Below, piece after piece: positions 27,286-36,235 of a DNA stretch of 64,000 nucleotides. Numbering within the stretch: the stretch's first letter is position 1; every line of letters begins with the position of its first letter. A program made the translations under genes and the position numbers. Under the pieces are notes generated by a model. The model was not told the origin of the DNA, ran no database searches, and worked only from the letters and a program-made list of their open reading frames with translations. The stretch is from the NCBI GenBank assembly GCA_963796685.1, contig CAWCMR010000007.1, forward strand, positions 1 to 64,000. The letters run 5' to 3'. The stretch is from an uncultured delta proteobacterium. Lineage in GTDB: Bacteria > Myxococcota_A > Polyangia > Fen-1088.

Positions 27286-29190
27286 TCACCGCGCCGAATC
27301 GCGGGTGAGGTACTTCACCGGGCGTTTGACCATGGTCCACTCGTTCTTCTCCTGGTTGTACTTGGAGTTGCAGAACGCCAGCCAATTCTCCTGATCCAGC
27401 CCGGGCTTGTCGGTGCGCACGTAGTAGCCCGGCCAGCGCGTCTCCTCGCGGAACAACACCGAGCGCATGTGCGCCTCGGCCTGCAGCAGCCGGTGCCGGT
27501 TCTCCCAGCAGCGCATGAGCTCGTGCAGGCTTTCCGCGCCGAGCTTGTTCGAGTCCGCGCGCAGCAGGGCCAGCAGCTCCAGACCCTTTTCGAGCTGGGA
27601 CTTGCTGGTGGCGAGCTGGGTCGAGACGCCGCCCGCGTACTCGTCCATGATTTTCTGCAGGCGGCTCATGAACTGCTTGGGACGCAGGTAGCTCGGATTG
27701 ATGTCGGGATCGGTGGAGTAGTCGCGGTTCTTCTCGAACAGCTCCAGCGGCCTCACGATCTCGGCGGTGAGGGCCTGGATCTGCTCCGGGCTGGCCGACG
27801 GGCCGTTGCCCTGCTCGACGATGAATTGCAGGGCGGCCTTGCCGGCCAGGCGGCCTTCGGTGAACGAGCCCGACGAGAACTTGTGGCTGGAGGCGCCGCT
27901 GGCGTCGCCCGCCGCAAACAGTCCCGGCACAGTGGTCATGTTGGCGTAGCCCCAGAAGTACTCGCCAGCGGTCTCCTCGGTCTGCAAATCTTTCGGCCCC
28001 GAGACCCACGCCCCCGAGGCGCCCGAGTGGGAGCCGATGAAGTACGGCTCGCAAGCCATGATCTCCGACGGCGTCTTGTCGGGCTCGACGTTCGTCGAGG
28101 CCCACAGGAGCGCCTGCGCGATGGTCATGTCCAGGAAGTCCTCCCAGGCCTCGCTCTCCAGCTCCTTGAGCTTTCGTTTTGCGGCCTTTTCGTCGGGCAT
28201 CTGCGCGCTGATACGTTTGATGGCTTCCTCGGTGCGCATGTAGATGGGCCCCTTGCCCTTCTGGATATCGAGCATCATCAGCCAGTTGCGCAGATTGGCC
28301 GGTGTGGGCTTGGCCTGCCCGTAAGGTCCCCACTTGTCGAGCTCGGCGGCGTTGGTCGCCATGTAGTCCTCGCCGAGAGCGTTGGTGGCGATGGATTTGA
28401 AAAGCAGGAACCACGCGCCCACCGGACCGTAGGCGTCCTTGAAGCGCACGGGAACGAAACGGACCTCCTGGCAGGTCATCTCGGCTCCGGCGGTGAGCGT
28501 GAAGGCCGCGCTGCCCGCCGAATTGAAAGGCGGATACCACGACCGCCCGAGCCCCTCGCCGGTGGAGCGCGGCTTGAACACGTGCACCGCGCCGCCCATG
28601 GCCGTCAGCACGGCCTTGGCCTTGAACACGTAGAGGGTGTTCTCGCGGTTGGAGAAGCCGACGGCGCCCACGCAGCGGCCGTCGACCATCAACGGGTGGG
28701 TGATGAAGACGCGCTCGAAGTATTGCCCGCCGGCCTCGGCCAGGGCCTTCTTGGCGGCCTCGGCGACGATGACCTTGTACGACTCGCCGCTGATCATGAC
28801 CTGCCAGCGCCCCTCGTGGACGTAGCCGCCCTTTTCATCCTTCCAGATGGGCAAGCCCCACTTCTCGAACATGTGCACGGTCGAATCCACGTGGCGCGCG
28901 ATGTTGGCCACCAGATCCTCGCGCGTGATGCCCATGAGATCGTTGCGCACGTAATCGACGTAGTCGCGCAGGGTGTTGTTGCCGCTGTTGAGATCGACGT
29001 AGAGATTGATGGCCGAAAGCCCCATGGCCACGGCGCCCGAGCGATCCACCGCCGCCTTGTCGACCAGGGTGACCTTGAGGCCGTGCTGCTTGGCCCAATG
29101 GGCGGTTTCGACCGCGGCTCCGCAGGCGGCCATGCCGCCGCCGCAGATGAGCAGGTCGGTCTCGACCACGACCGTCTTGAATTCCGTCAT
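27286..29190 (-). CDS. aprA: Adenylylsulfate reductase alpha subunit
   Basis: DRSGAVAMGLSAIN; RFKDAYGPVGAWFLLFK; AWEDFLDMT; HKFSSGSFTEGR; REETRWPGYY. Confidence 0.97.
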   Translation of the reverse strand: MTEFKTVVVETDLLICGGGMAACGAAVETAHWAKQHGLKVTLVDKAAVDRSGAVAMGLSAINLYVDLNSGNNTLRDYVDYVRNDLMGITREDLVANIARHVDSTVHMFEKWGLPIWKDEKGGYVHEGRWQVMISGESYKVIVAEAAKKALAEAGGQYFERVFITHPLMVDGRCVGAVGFSNRENTLYVFKAKAVLTAMGGAVHVFKPRSTGEGLGRSWYPPFNSAGSAAFTLTAGAEMTCQEVRFVPVRFKDAYGPVGAWFLLFKSIATNALGEDYMATNAAELDKWGPYGQAKPTPANLRNWLMMLDIQKGKGPIYMRTEEAIKRISAQMPDEKAAKRKLKELESEAWEDFLDMTIAQALLWASTNVEPDKTPSEIMACEPYFIGSHSGASGAWVSGPKDLQTEETAGEYFWGYANMTTVPGLFAAGDASGASSHKFSSGSFTEGRLAGKAALQFIVEQGNGPSASPEQIQALTAEIVRPLELFEKNRDYSTDPDINPSYLRPKQFMSRLQKIMDEYAGGVSTQLATSKSQLEKGLELLALLRADSNKLGAESLHELMRCWENRHRLLQAEAHMRSVLFREETRWPGYYVRTDKPGLDQENWLAFCNSKYNQEKNEWTMVKRPVKYLTRDSAR

Positions 29191-29192
29191 GA

Positions 29193-29687
29193 CTACTTCC
29201 CTCCGTTCGATCGGGTCAGTGCAAGCTCGGGCAGCGAAGTGAACTTCACCTTGCCCTGTTCGGTGTTGAGCGCGCTCGGCTCGCCCATGAGCATGGGGCT
29301 CTTCAAGTCGTCGGTTGCCGTCGGGAAATGGCCGTGGGGCTGGATCTGGCCTTCCCCCACGCCGCGCCGGATGGGGAACTTGAAGCGCTTGGATTTGATT
29401 TCGGGGTTGCGGAACTGCACCGTCCACATGATGTCTTCGGTGCTGCGAAGCGCGCTCACGCTGGCGCCCATGGGAACGAAGTCGGAATAGCCCCGCACCT
29501 CGATGGCCTGGGTCGGGCAGATCTTCACGCAGTTGAAGCACTCCCAGCACATGACCGGGTCGCGGTTGTAGGCCTTCATCTTCTGGCGGTCCAAGGTCAT
29601 GAGGTCGTTGGGACAGATGTACTGGCAAGCCGTCCTGTCCAAAGCCTTGCACCCATCACATTTGCTAGCGATGACGTAGCTGGGCAT
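29193..29687 (-). CDS. aprB: Adenylylsulfate reductase beta subunit
   Basis: MPSYV...CDGC...ACQYICPNDLM; CWECFNCVKICP; KRFKFPIR. Confidence 0.96.
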   Translation of the reverse strand: MPSYVIASKCDGCKALDRTACQYICPNDLMTLDRQKMKAYNRDPVMCWECFNCVKICPTQAIEVRGYSDFVPMGASVSALRSTEDIMWTVQFRNPEIKSKRFKFPIRRGVGEGQIQPHGHFPTATDDLKSPMLMGEPSALNTEQGKVKFTSLPELALTRSNGGK

Positions 29688-30913
29688 CAGTTCTCCATTG
29701 GCGCAACCGTTGCCATGCCCGGTTCGCGCGCGGTTGAGGGTGTTGAGTGGAATGCATGGAGGGTCGAAGTGGAAGCAGAGGTGAGCAAGAAGCGGCAGGC
29801 GGCCTCGAACACCAGGGCGCCACCGGCGTAAACGCCGACGACGATGGCCAGCTCGGAGAGGCTTGGCCGGTAGTCGTGAACGTAGCCGAGCGGCGACGGC
29901 ACGAACCCCGAGGTCACGAGGCAAAGTCCCTTGTCGATGAGCACGGACGCGAGCACAAAGGCCGTGGCGGTGTAGGCCAAGCCCCGCCTTTGACGGAGGC
30001 GCGGGACCAGCAGCACCGCCAGGGCGGTCAACAGCAAGAGCCACGAGCCATAGCTCCAGGCCACCAGCCCGATGTGTCCGTCGAGGCCGAGGAAGAGGTA
30101 CCTGAGGTGCTCGCCTGCCGTCGGGATGCCCGAATAGAGGGCCGTGAAGGCCTCGAGCAGGGCCAGAAGCACACTGGCCGTCGCGGCGTAGGTCATGATG
30201 ACGGACAGGCGGTCGATGGCCTCGCGCCCGATGTCGAACACCTTGGTGTGCGCCAGCAGACCCGCCAGCAGAATGAGCAACGCAGGCCCCGAGGCGAAGG
30301 CCGTGGCCAGAAATCTTGGGGCGAGCACGGCAGTCATCCACGCCGGTCGCGCGGCCAAACCGGCGTACAAAAGTGCCGTCACGACATGGATGCCGATGGC
30401 CCACGGGATGGTGGCCAGGGCCAATCCGCGCACCCACCTCGCGGGCGCCCCGCCGCGGGCGAACAAGGTCGCGGCCAGTCCGACCACCGAGAGGATCAAG
30501 TAGCCCCCGAGGGTGAGGCAGTCCCAGAACATCAGCGACGACGGGGCAGGGTAAAGTAGGATGTTGAGCAGGCGGCCCGGCTTGCCGAGATCGACCGTGA
30601 TGCACAACAGGGCTTGCACGAGCGCGATGACCGCGACGATCTCGCCCAGGATGAGAGCACGCGCGAACACCTTTTGGCGATGGACGTAGTAGGGCAGAAG
30701 CACGGTGACCGCCGAGGCGCCGATGCCGACCAAGAACGTGAACTGCGAGATGTAGAGCCCCCACGGCACATCCCGCGACAGTCCCGTCACGCCGAGGCCG
30801 CTGCGAAACTGCACCGTGTAGGCCGCGCCGCCCAGCAAGACCAGCGCGAACAGGATCCCGCGCAGGGTCCATGCAAGCAGTGGGCGGCGATTGGATTCCG
30901 GCATGGTCGTCAC
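29687..30913 (-). CDS. dsrP: DsrP (NrfD/PsrC-family membrane subunit)
   Basis: GLGVTGLSRDVPWGLYISQFTFLVG; DLGKP; IPWAIGIH.VTA; LAPRFLATAFASGPA. Confidence 0.88.
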   Translation of the reverse strand: MTTMPESNRRPLLAWTLRGILFALVLLGGAAYTVQFRSGLGVTGLSRDVPWGLYISQFTFLVGIGASAVTVLLPYYVHRQKVFARALILGEIVAVIALVQALLCITVDLGKPGRLLNILLYPAPSSLMFWDCLTLGGYLILSVVGLAATLFARGGAPARWVRGLALATIPWAIGIHVVTALLYAGLAARPAWMTAVLAPRFLATAFASGPALLILLAGLLAHTKVFDIGREAIDRLSVIMTYAATASVLLALLEAFTALYSGIPTAGEHLRYLFLGLDGHIGLVAWSYGSWLLLLTALAVLLVPRLRQRRGLAYTATAFVLASVLIDKGLCLVTSGFVPSPLGYVHDYRPSLSELAIVVGVYAGGALVFEAACRFLLTSASTSTLHAFHSTPSTAREPGMATVAPMEN

Positions 30914-31671
30914 GGGAGATAGAACACCCTCGGCTCGGTCCCGAGCTCGGGACGGCGCCGCAGCACCTGCCGGGTGGCGAGCAGTTGGCGAAGGGGGGAA
31001 CGGGGGTCTTCCAGATTGCCGAAGGTAAGCGCGTTCGCGCCGCTGGCACGACAGGCCTCCACGCAAAGCGGTATCTGCCCGAGGTCGATGCGTTCGACGC
31101 ACAGGTTGCACTTCTCGACCACGCCGGCCGCGCGGGTCGGATAGTTGCTGGCCGACGGGGCGGGATGCGGAGCCTCCCAGTTGAAGCTGCGCGAGCCGTA
31201 GGGGCATGCGGCCATGCAGTAGCGGCAGCCGATGCAGCGGTGCTCGTCCATGGCTACCACGCCGTCGCTTCGGCGCCAGGTCGCGCCGGTGGGGCACACG
31301 CGCGTGCAGGGCGATTGCGAGCAATGGTTGCACAGCACCAGCACGGGAGATTGCAGGTGCGCCTCCGATTGCCAGCCGTGGGACTGCTCGGGGAACACGC
31401 GGGCGAAGGGCTCCTTCCACACCCATTTGACCTCGTGGCGTGGATCCGTGGTGGCCGGCACCCGATGGGCCGTGTGGCAAGCCTCGATGCAAGCCCGACA
31501 CCCGGGCTTGCTCGCGCAGCGGGCGAGGTCGACGGCCATGCCCCACAGCGGGGTTCCCGTTTCCCGCGTGGCGCCGAGCACCTTGCGCGCGGCGGTGCCT
31601 CCGGCGAGGGCGGCGCCAATCGCCGCGCCCGTGCTCGCGAACAGATCCCGTCGGCTCAGGCTCTTCTTCAT
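30910..31671 (-). CDS. dsrO: DsrO periplasmic FeS protein
   Basis: Tat signal SRRDLF; HEVKWVWKE; CNHC..PC.RVCPT; CIGCRYCMAACPYGSRSFNW; GVVEKCNLC. Confidence 0.88.
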   Translation of the reverse strand: MKKSLSRRDLFASTGAAIGAALAGGTAARKVLGATRETGTPLWGMAVDLARCASKPGCRACIEACHTAHRVPATTDPRHEVKWVWKEPFARVFPEQSHGWQSEAHLQSPVLVLCNHCSQSPCTRVCPTGATWRRSDGVVAMDEHRCIGCRYCMAACPYGSRSFNWEAPHPAPSASNYPTRAAGVVEKCNLCVERIDLGQIPLCVEACRASGANALTFGNLEDPRSPLRQLLATRQVLRRRPELGTEPRVFYLP

Positions 31672-31724
31672 GCCCGACGCTCCAGGGCCCGATATGGCTC
31701 GCGCTTCTGCACGGTGGTTTGCAC

Positions 31725-31740
31725 AGCACTAACCGTGCCA
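31725..31740 (-). promoter_or_regulatory. sigma54 promoter for dsrOP-apr-qmo
   Basis: TGGCACGGTTAGTGCT: GG-N10-GC, near consensus. Confidence 0.7.
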
Positions 31741-31835
31741 ACCGGGCTGCCCGATTCTCCTTCGCCGCAATTGCGGAAATCACGTACTTGTTTGCTCTCG
31801 GCGAGCAGGCGGCCCGTGCCCCGTGCTGGCCTTGC

Positions 31836-31851
31836 CCGTCACATATGATGG
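31836..31851. promoter_or_regulatory. Imperfect dyad CCGTCA-CATA-TGATGG, candidate enhancer site
   Basis: Roughly equidistant (~100 bp) from the two divergent sigma54 motifs. Confidence 0.3.
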
Positions 31852-31959
31852 TTTGATGGGGTTCGGGCTTCGCTGAAACCGTCCCTTGGAACGTAGGCAG
31901 ATGCGCCAGCCGCCGGAACAGCGCCGCTTTTCAGGAACCTACGATGCAGCACGAGCCCG

Positions 31960-31975
31960 CGGCACGGCTATTGCT
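31960..31975 (+). promoter_or_regulatory. sigma54 promoter for dsrABDLNCMKJ
   Basis: CGGCACGGCTATTGCT: GG-N10-GC, ending 22 nt before GTG 31998. Confidence 0.7.
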
Positions 31976-31997
31976 CTGTCCACGTCGCGAGAAACCC

Positions 31998-33177
31998 GTG
32001 ACTGAAAGCAAACCAACACCGCTGGTCGATGAGCTCGAAGCCGGCCCCTGGCCGAGCTTCGTCAAGGAAATCAAGAAGAGCGCCGACGGTCCCATGGCGG
32101 CCGACCTGCTCTCCGTGCTCGAGCGATCCTACGCCGAGAAGGTCGGTCACTGGAAGCACGGCGGGTTGGTCGGGGTCAAGGGCTACGGCGGCGGCGTGAT
32201 CGGGCGCTACAACGATCTGGCCAAGGAGTTTCCCGAGGCCGCCGAGTTCCATACCATTCGTATCAATCCGCCGGCGGGTTGGTTCTACACCTCGGACGTC
32301 TTGCGCCAGCTCTGCGACATCTGGGAGCGCCATGGCTCGGGCCTGACCAATTTCCATGGCGCGACCGGCGACGCCGTATTTCTGGGGGCCAAGACCGTCG
32401 AGCTTCGAGCCGCTCTTCGACGAGCTTCTGGCCGCCGGGTTCGATCTGGGTGGTTCGGGCTCGGCCCTGCGCACGCCCAGCTGCTGCTGCGGACCCGCGC
32501 GCTGCGAATGGGCGTGCTTCGACACCTTGGAGGTCACGCAAGACCTGACCCAGACCTATCAAGACGAGATGCACCGGCCGGCCTTTCCCTACAAATTCAA
32601 GATCAAGGCCTCGGGTTGCCCCAACGACTGCGTGGGCGCCATCGCCCGCTCGGATCTGTCAATCATCGGAACCTGGCGCGACGACATCCAGATCGACCAG
32701 GCCGCGCTGAAGGCCTACGTCCAGGCCGGCAAGCCGGACATTGCACATGACGTGGTGGAGCGCTGTCCAACCCGCTGCATGCGCTTCGAAAACGGCGAGC
32801 TCAGCATCGACAACGACGAGTGCGCCCGGTGCATGCATTGTATCAACGCCCTCCCGAGCGCGCTCGCGCCGGGCAAGGATCGCGGGGCCATGCTGCTCGT
32901 GGGGGGCAAGGCGCCGGTGCTGGGAGGCGCGTTGCTCTCGTCGGTGCTGGTGCCGTTCATCAAGCTGGAGCCGCCCTTCGAAGACATCAAGGAGCTCTTG
33001 GCCGCCATCTGGGACGTGTGGTCCGAGCACGGCAAGCACCGCGAGCGGGTGGGGGAGTTCATTCAGCGCATCGGCTTGGCGAATTTCCTGGAACAGATCG
33101 GCCTGGATCCGCAGCCGGAGATGGTCGCGCACCCGCGAACCAACCCCTACATCGCACGCCACGAGGACAAGCCCTGA
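31998..33177 (+). CDS. dsrA: Dissimilatory sulfite reductase alpha subunit, reductive type (frameshift at ~32404)
   Basis: GPWPSFV; [19 protein letters not shown]; second frame LRTPSCC.G..RCE and [15 protein letters not shown]; extra T in GAGCTTCGAG. Confidence 0.95.
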
Positions 33178-34283
33178 TGCCACCCATCATCGCCAAGCGC
33201 AAGACGGACATCGGCGCCCCGCACTACCGCGGCTTTTTGCCGCCCATCATCCAGCGTAACTACGGCCAGTGGGTGCGCCACGAGATCCAGAGGCCGGGCG
33301 TGCTCATCCACACGGCGGCGTCGGGCGAGAAGCTCTATTCGGTGCGCGCCGGCTCGCCACGCCTGCTCAGCACCAAGACGCTGCGCATGTTCGCCGCGCT
33401 GGCGGACGAGTTTTCCAGCGGCTTTCTGCGCTTCACCAGTCGCAACAACGTCGAGTTCCTGCTCTCCGAGCCCGGCAACGTCGATCCCCTCATCCTGCGC
33501 CTGGAGAGCGAGGGCTTTCCCGTGGGCGGCACCGGGCCGGCCATCACCAATATCGTGCACACCCAGGGCTGGGTCCACTGTCACTCGGCGGCCTCCGACG
33601 CCTCGGGCGTGGTCAAGTCGGTGATGGACGAGCTGTTTCCCTACTTCGGCTCGATGGTGTTGCCGGCCAAGGTGCGCATCGCCTTTGCCTGTTGCCTGAA
33701 CATGTGCGGGGCCGTGCACTGCTCGGACATCGCCATTTTGGGATTGCACCGCAAGGTACCCAAGGTCGACCACGGCACGCTGTTCAAGACCTGCGAGGTG
33801 CCCACCACGGTGGCGTCTTGTCCGACAGGGGCCATTCGGCCGACCACGGTGGACGGCAAGCCTTCGCTGGAGATCATCGAGGAGCAGTGCGTGTGTTGTG
33901 GCAATTGCTACACGGTCTGTCCGTCGATGAAGCTGAACGATCCGGAAGACGGCGTGTCGATCTGGGTGGGCGGCAAGGTCTCGAACGCTCGCCGCGAGCC
34001 CATGTTCACCAAGCTGGCCGTGCCCTTCTTGCCCAACAATCCGCCGCGTTGGCCCGAGGTCACGACGGCCGTCAAGGGCCTCGTCGAGCTCTACGCCGCC
34101 CACGCCAAGCCCTTCGAGCGCATGGGCGAGTGGATCGAGCGCATCGGCTGGCCGCGCTTCTTCCGCATGGCAGGCATTCCCTTCACCCGCGATCACATCG
34201 ACGATTTCACCCACGCGGGCGAGACCTACAAGCGCTCCGCGCAACTGCGGCGTTCGCCCGCCTGGGGCAGTCCGAAAGCATAG
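33177..34283 (+). CDS. dsrB: Dissimilatory sulfite reductase beta subunit
   Basis: TDIGAPHY; FTSRNNVEF; HTQGWVHCH; [14 protein letters not shown]; PNNPPRWPE. Confidence 0.97.
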   Translation: MPPIIAKRKTDIGAPHYRGFLPPIIQRNYGQWVRHEIQRPGVLIHTAASGEKLYSVRAGSPRLLSTKTLRMFAALADEFSSGFLRFTSRNNVEFLLSEPGNVDPLILRLESEGFPVGGTGPAITNIVHTQGWVHCHSAASDASGVVKSVMDELFPYFGSMVLPAKVRIAFACCLNMCGAVHCSDIAILGLHRKVPKVDHGTLFKTCEVPTTVASCPTGAIRPTTVDGKPSLEIIEEQCVCCGNCYTVCPSMKLNDPEDGVSIWVGGKVSNARREPMFTKLAVPFLPNNPPRWPEVTTAVKGLVELYAAHAKPFERMGEWIERIGWPRFFRMAGIPFTRDHIDDFTHAGETYKRSAQLRRSPAWGSPKA

Positions 34284-34295
34284 GAGGATGAAGCG

Positions 34296-34529
34296 ATGAG
34301 CGAGGTCACCGTAGAGCAGGTCGCCGATGCGATGGTCGCCCTGGTGAAGGAGTGCCACGGCAAAAGGCAGCTCAAGCCGCTCGATTTGAACAAGGCCATG
34401 ATGGAACGCTTCGGCGGTGCCTGCGACAAGTCCCTGTGCAAGGAAGCCATCAAGCTCTTGATCGAAGACGAACGCTGCACCTACTCCTACGTGGGCGGCA
34501 GCTACATCGTGCTGCCACCCGAGACGTGA
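34296..34529 (+). CDS. dsrD: DsrD
   Basis: 77 aa directly after dsrB; GKRQLKP.DL; K.AIK.LI; YSYVGGSY; GGAGG RBS. Confidence 0.85.
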   Translation: MSEVTVEQVADAMVALVKECHGKRQLKPLDLNKAMMERFGGACDKSLCKEAIKLLIEDERCTYSYVGGSYIVLPPET

Positions 34530-34533
34530 CGCC

Positions 34534-36216
34534 ATGGCGCTCTTGCACCGAGGCGAGACGAAAAAGCCGCTGCGGCCGCGGGCCGGCGCGCCGGCGAGCG
34601 CGGCGGTGTCGACGCTACGGCCCCGCCCGGTCAAGAAGACCAGCCCGTGCCAGAGCGCCTGCCTCGCGGGCACCGATGTGCGCGGCGCGGTCGCGATTCT
34701 CAATCAGCGGGCGAAGCTCGGATTGACGGATGACCAGGCGTGCGAGCAGGCCTGGCGGCTGATCGTCGAGACCAACCCCTTTCCCGCGACCACGGGCCGC
34801 ATCTGCCCACACCGCTGCGAGGACAGTTGCAGCCGCCACGAAAAGGACGGTGGCGTGGCGGTGGGAGCCATCGAGCGTTTCCTCGGCGATTGGGCGCTCG
34901 ACCGCGGCCTTGCGCTGCCCGGCTGTCCGGAACGGCCGATTCATCGCGAGCGCATCGCCATCATCGGCGCAGGGCCGGCCGGGCTGTCGTGCGCGTACCA
35001 GCTGGCGCGCCGCGGGTACGCGTCGACCATCTTCGAGGGCATGCCCCAGCCCGGCGGAATGTTGCGCTACGGAATTCCGGCCTACCGTCTGCCGGCCCGC
35101 ATTCTCGAGGGCGAGATTCAGCGCGTGTTGCAAACCGGCGTCGAGCTGAGCACGCGCACGACCATCGGCCGCGACGTGAGCCTCGACGAGCTACGCAAGC
35201 AATACGCCGCCGTCTTCGTCGCGCCCGGCGCGGCGGTGAGTCGGGACGTGAGCATCCCGGGCGCCAGCGGCGCGGGCGTCATGCGCGCGGTGGACTTCCT
35301 GCGCGATGTGGCCCGCAAGGAGCCTCCCGCGCTTGGCCGCCACGTCGTGGTGGTGGGCGGCGGCAACACGGCCATCGACGCCGCACGCGTGTGTGCCCGT
35401 CTGCTCGGCGGCACCGGGGTGATCACCCTTCTGCGCCAAGAGAACGAAACCATCGACGACGATCTGCGCGAGGCGATGGAGGAGGGCGTGGAGGTCGAGT
35501 TCCTGACGACGTTGAGCTCGGTCGTGCGCAACGTGATGGGCGGCGTGGACAGCGCCGTGGTCCAGCGCATCGAGCTCGGGGAAAAGGACGAAAGCGGCTA
35601 TCCGGCGCTGATTCCCGTCGCGGGCAAGAGCTACGAGCTGCGCGCCGATGCCATCATCCTGGCCCTGGGCCAAAAGCCCAACGTGAATCGAATCTTCAAG
35701 GGCAACGAGGCCCAGTTCGAGACCGATCACAAGGGCAGGACGCGGACCGAGGGCGTGTGGCGCGGCGGCGATGCGGTCACCCCGAGCTTCGCCGCGGTGG
35801 TCATCGGACAAGGGCGGCAAGTCGCCATTTCCATCGACGCCGAGCTGCGAGGCAAGTCGGTCCCCGAGCGCGAAAGGCTCCCGGAGATCCAGCCCAGTCG
35901 CCTCAAGCTCGAATGCTACGAAGCGCACGCGCGCCTTGCGCGGCGGTTGGCCCCGGTGCGCGAGCGTTTGGCAGACCTGCAAAGCGAGATCGAGCTCGGT
36001 TACGAGGCCGCGGACGTGTTCCGCGAGGCAAGCCGCTGTCTGTCGTGTGGCAACTGTTTCGGTTGCGAGCGCTGCTGGATGTACTGCACGCCCGGCTGCA
36101 TGACCCGCCTGGCAAGCGTGGCGCCCGGGCAATACTACGCCGTCCATCTCGACAAGTGCGACGGGTGCCGGAAGTGCGCCGAGGAATGCCCGGCCGGATT
36201 TCTCGAAATGAGTTAG
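34534..36216 (+). CDS. dsrL: DsrL NAD(P)H:acceptor oxidoreductase
   Basis: SPCQ..C; NPFPATTGRICPH.CE; GAGPAG; GGGNTAID; RCLSCG.CFGCERCWMYC; CDGCRKCAEECP; position after dsrD. Confidence 0.88.
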   Translation: MALLHRGETKKPLRPRAGAPASAAVSTLRPRPVKKTSPCQSACLAGTDVRGAVAILNQRAKLGLTDDQACEQAWRLIVETNPFPATTGRICPHRCEDSCSRHEKDGGVAVGAIERFLGDWALDRGLALPGCPERPIHRERIAIIGAGPAGLSCAYQLARRGYASTIFEGMPQPGGMLRYGIPAYRLPARILEGEIQRVLQTGVELSTRTTIGRDVSLDELRKQYAAVFVAPGAAVSRDVSIPGASGAGVMRAVDFLRDVARKEPPALGRHVVVVGGGNTAIDAARVCARLLGGTGVITLLRQENETIDDDLREAMEEGVEVEFLTTLSSVVRNVMGGVDSAVVQRIELGEKDESGYPALIPVAGKSYELRADAIILALGQKPNVNRIFKGNEAQFETDHKGRTRTEGVWRGGDAVTPSFAAVVIGQGRQVAISIDAELRGKSVPERERLPEIQPSRLKLECYEAHARLARRLAPVRERLADLQSEIELGYEAADVFREASRCLSCGNCFGCERCWMYCTPGCMTRLASVAPGQYYAVHLDKCDGCRKCAEECPAGFLEMS

Positions 36217-36235
36217 CGGAAATCGGTACGACGCC

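Noticed and set aside
34534-36216. Glutamate synthase small subunit gltD
   Set aside because: C-terminal ferredoxin domain and dsr context indicate DsrL; no gltB present.
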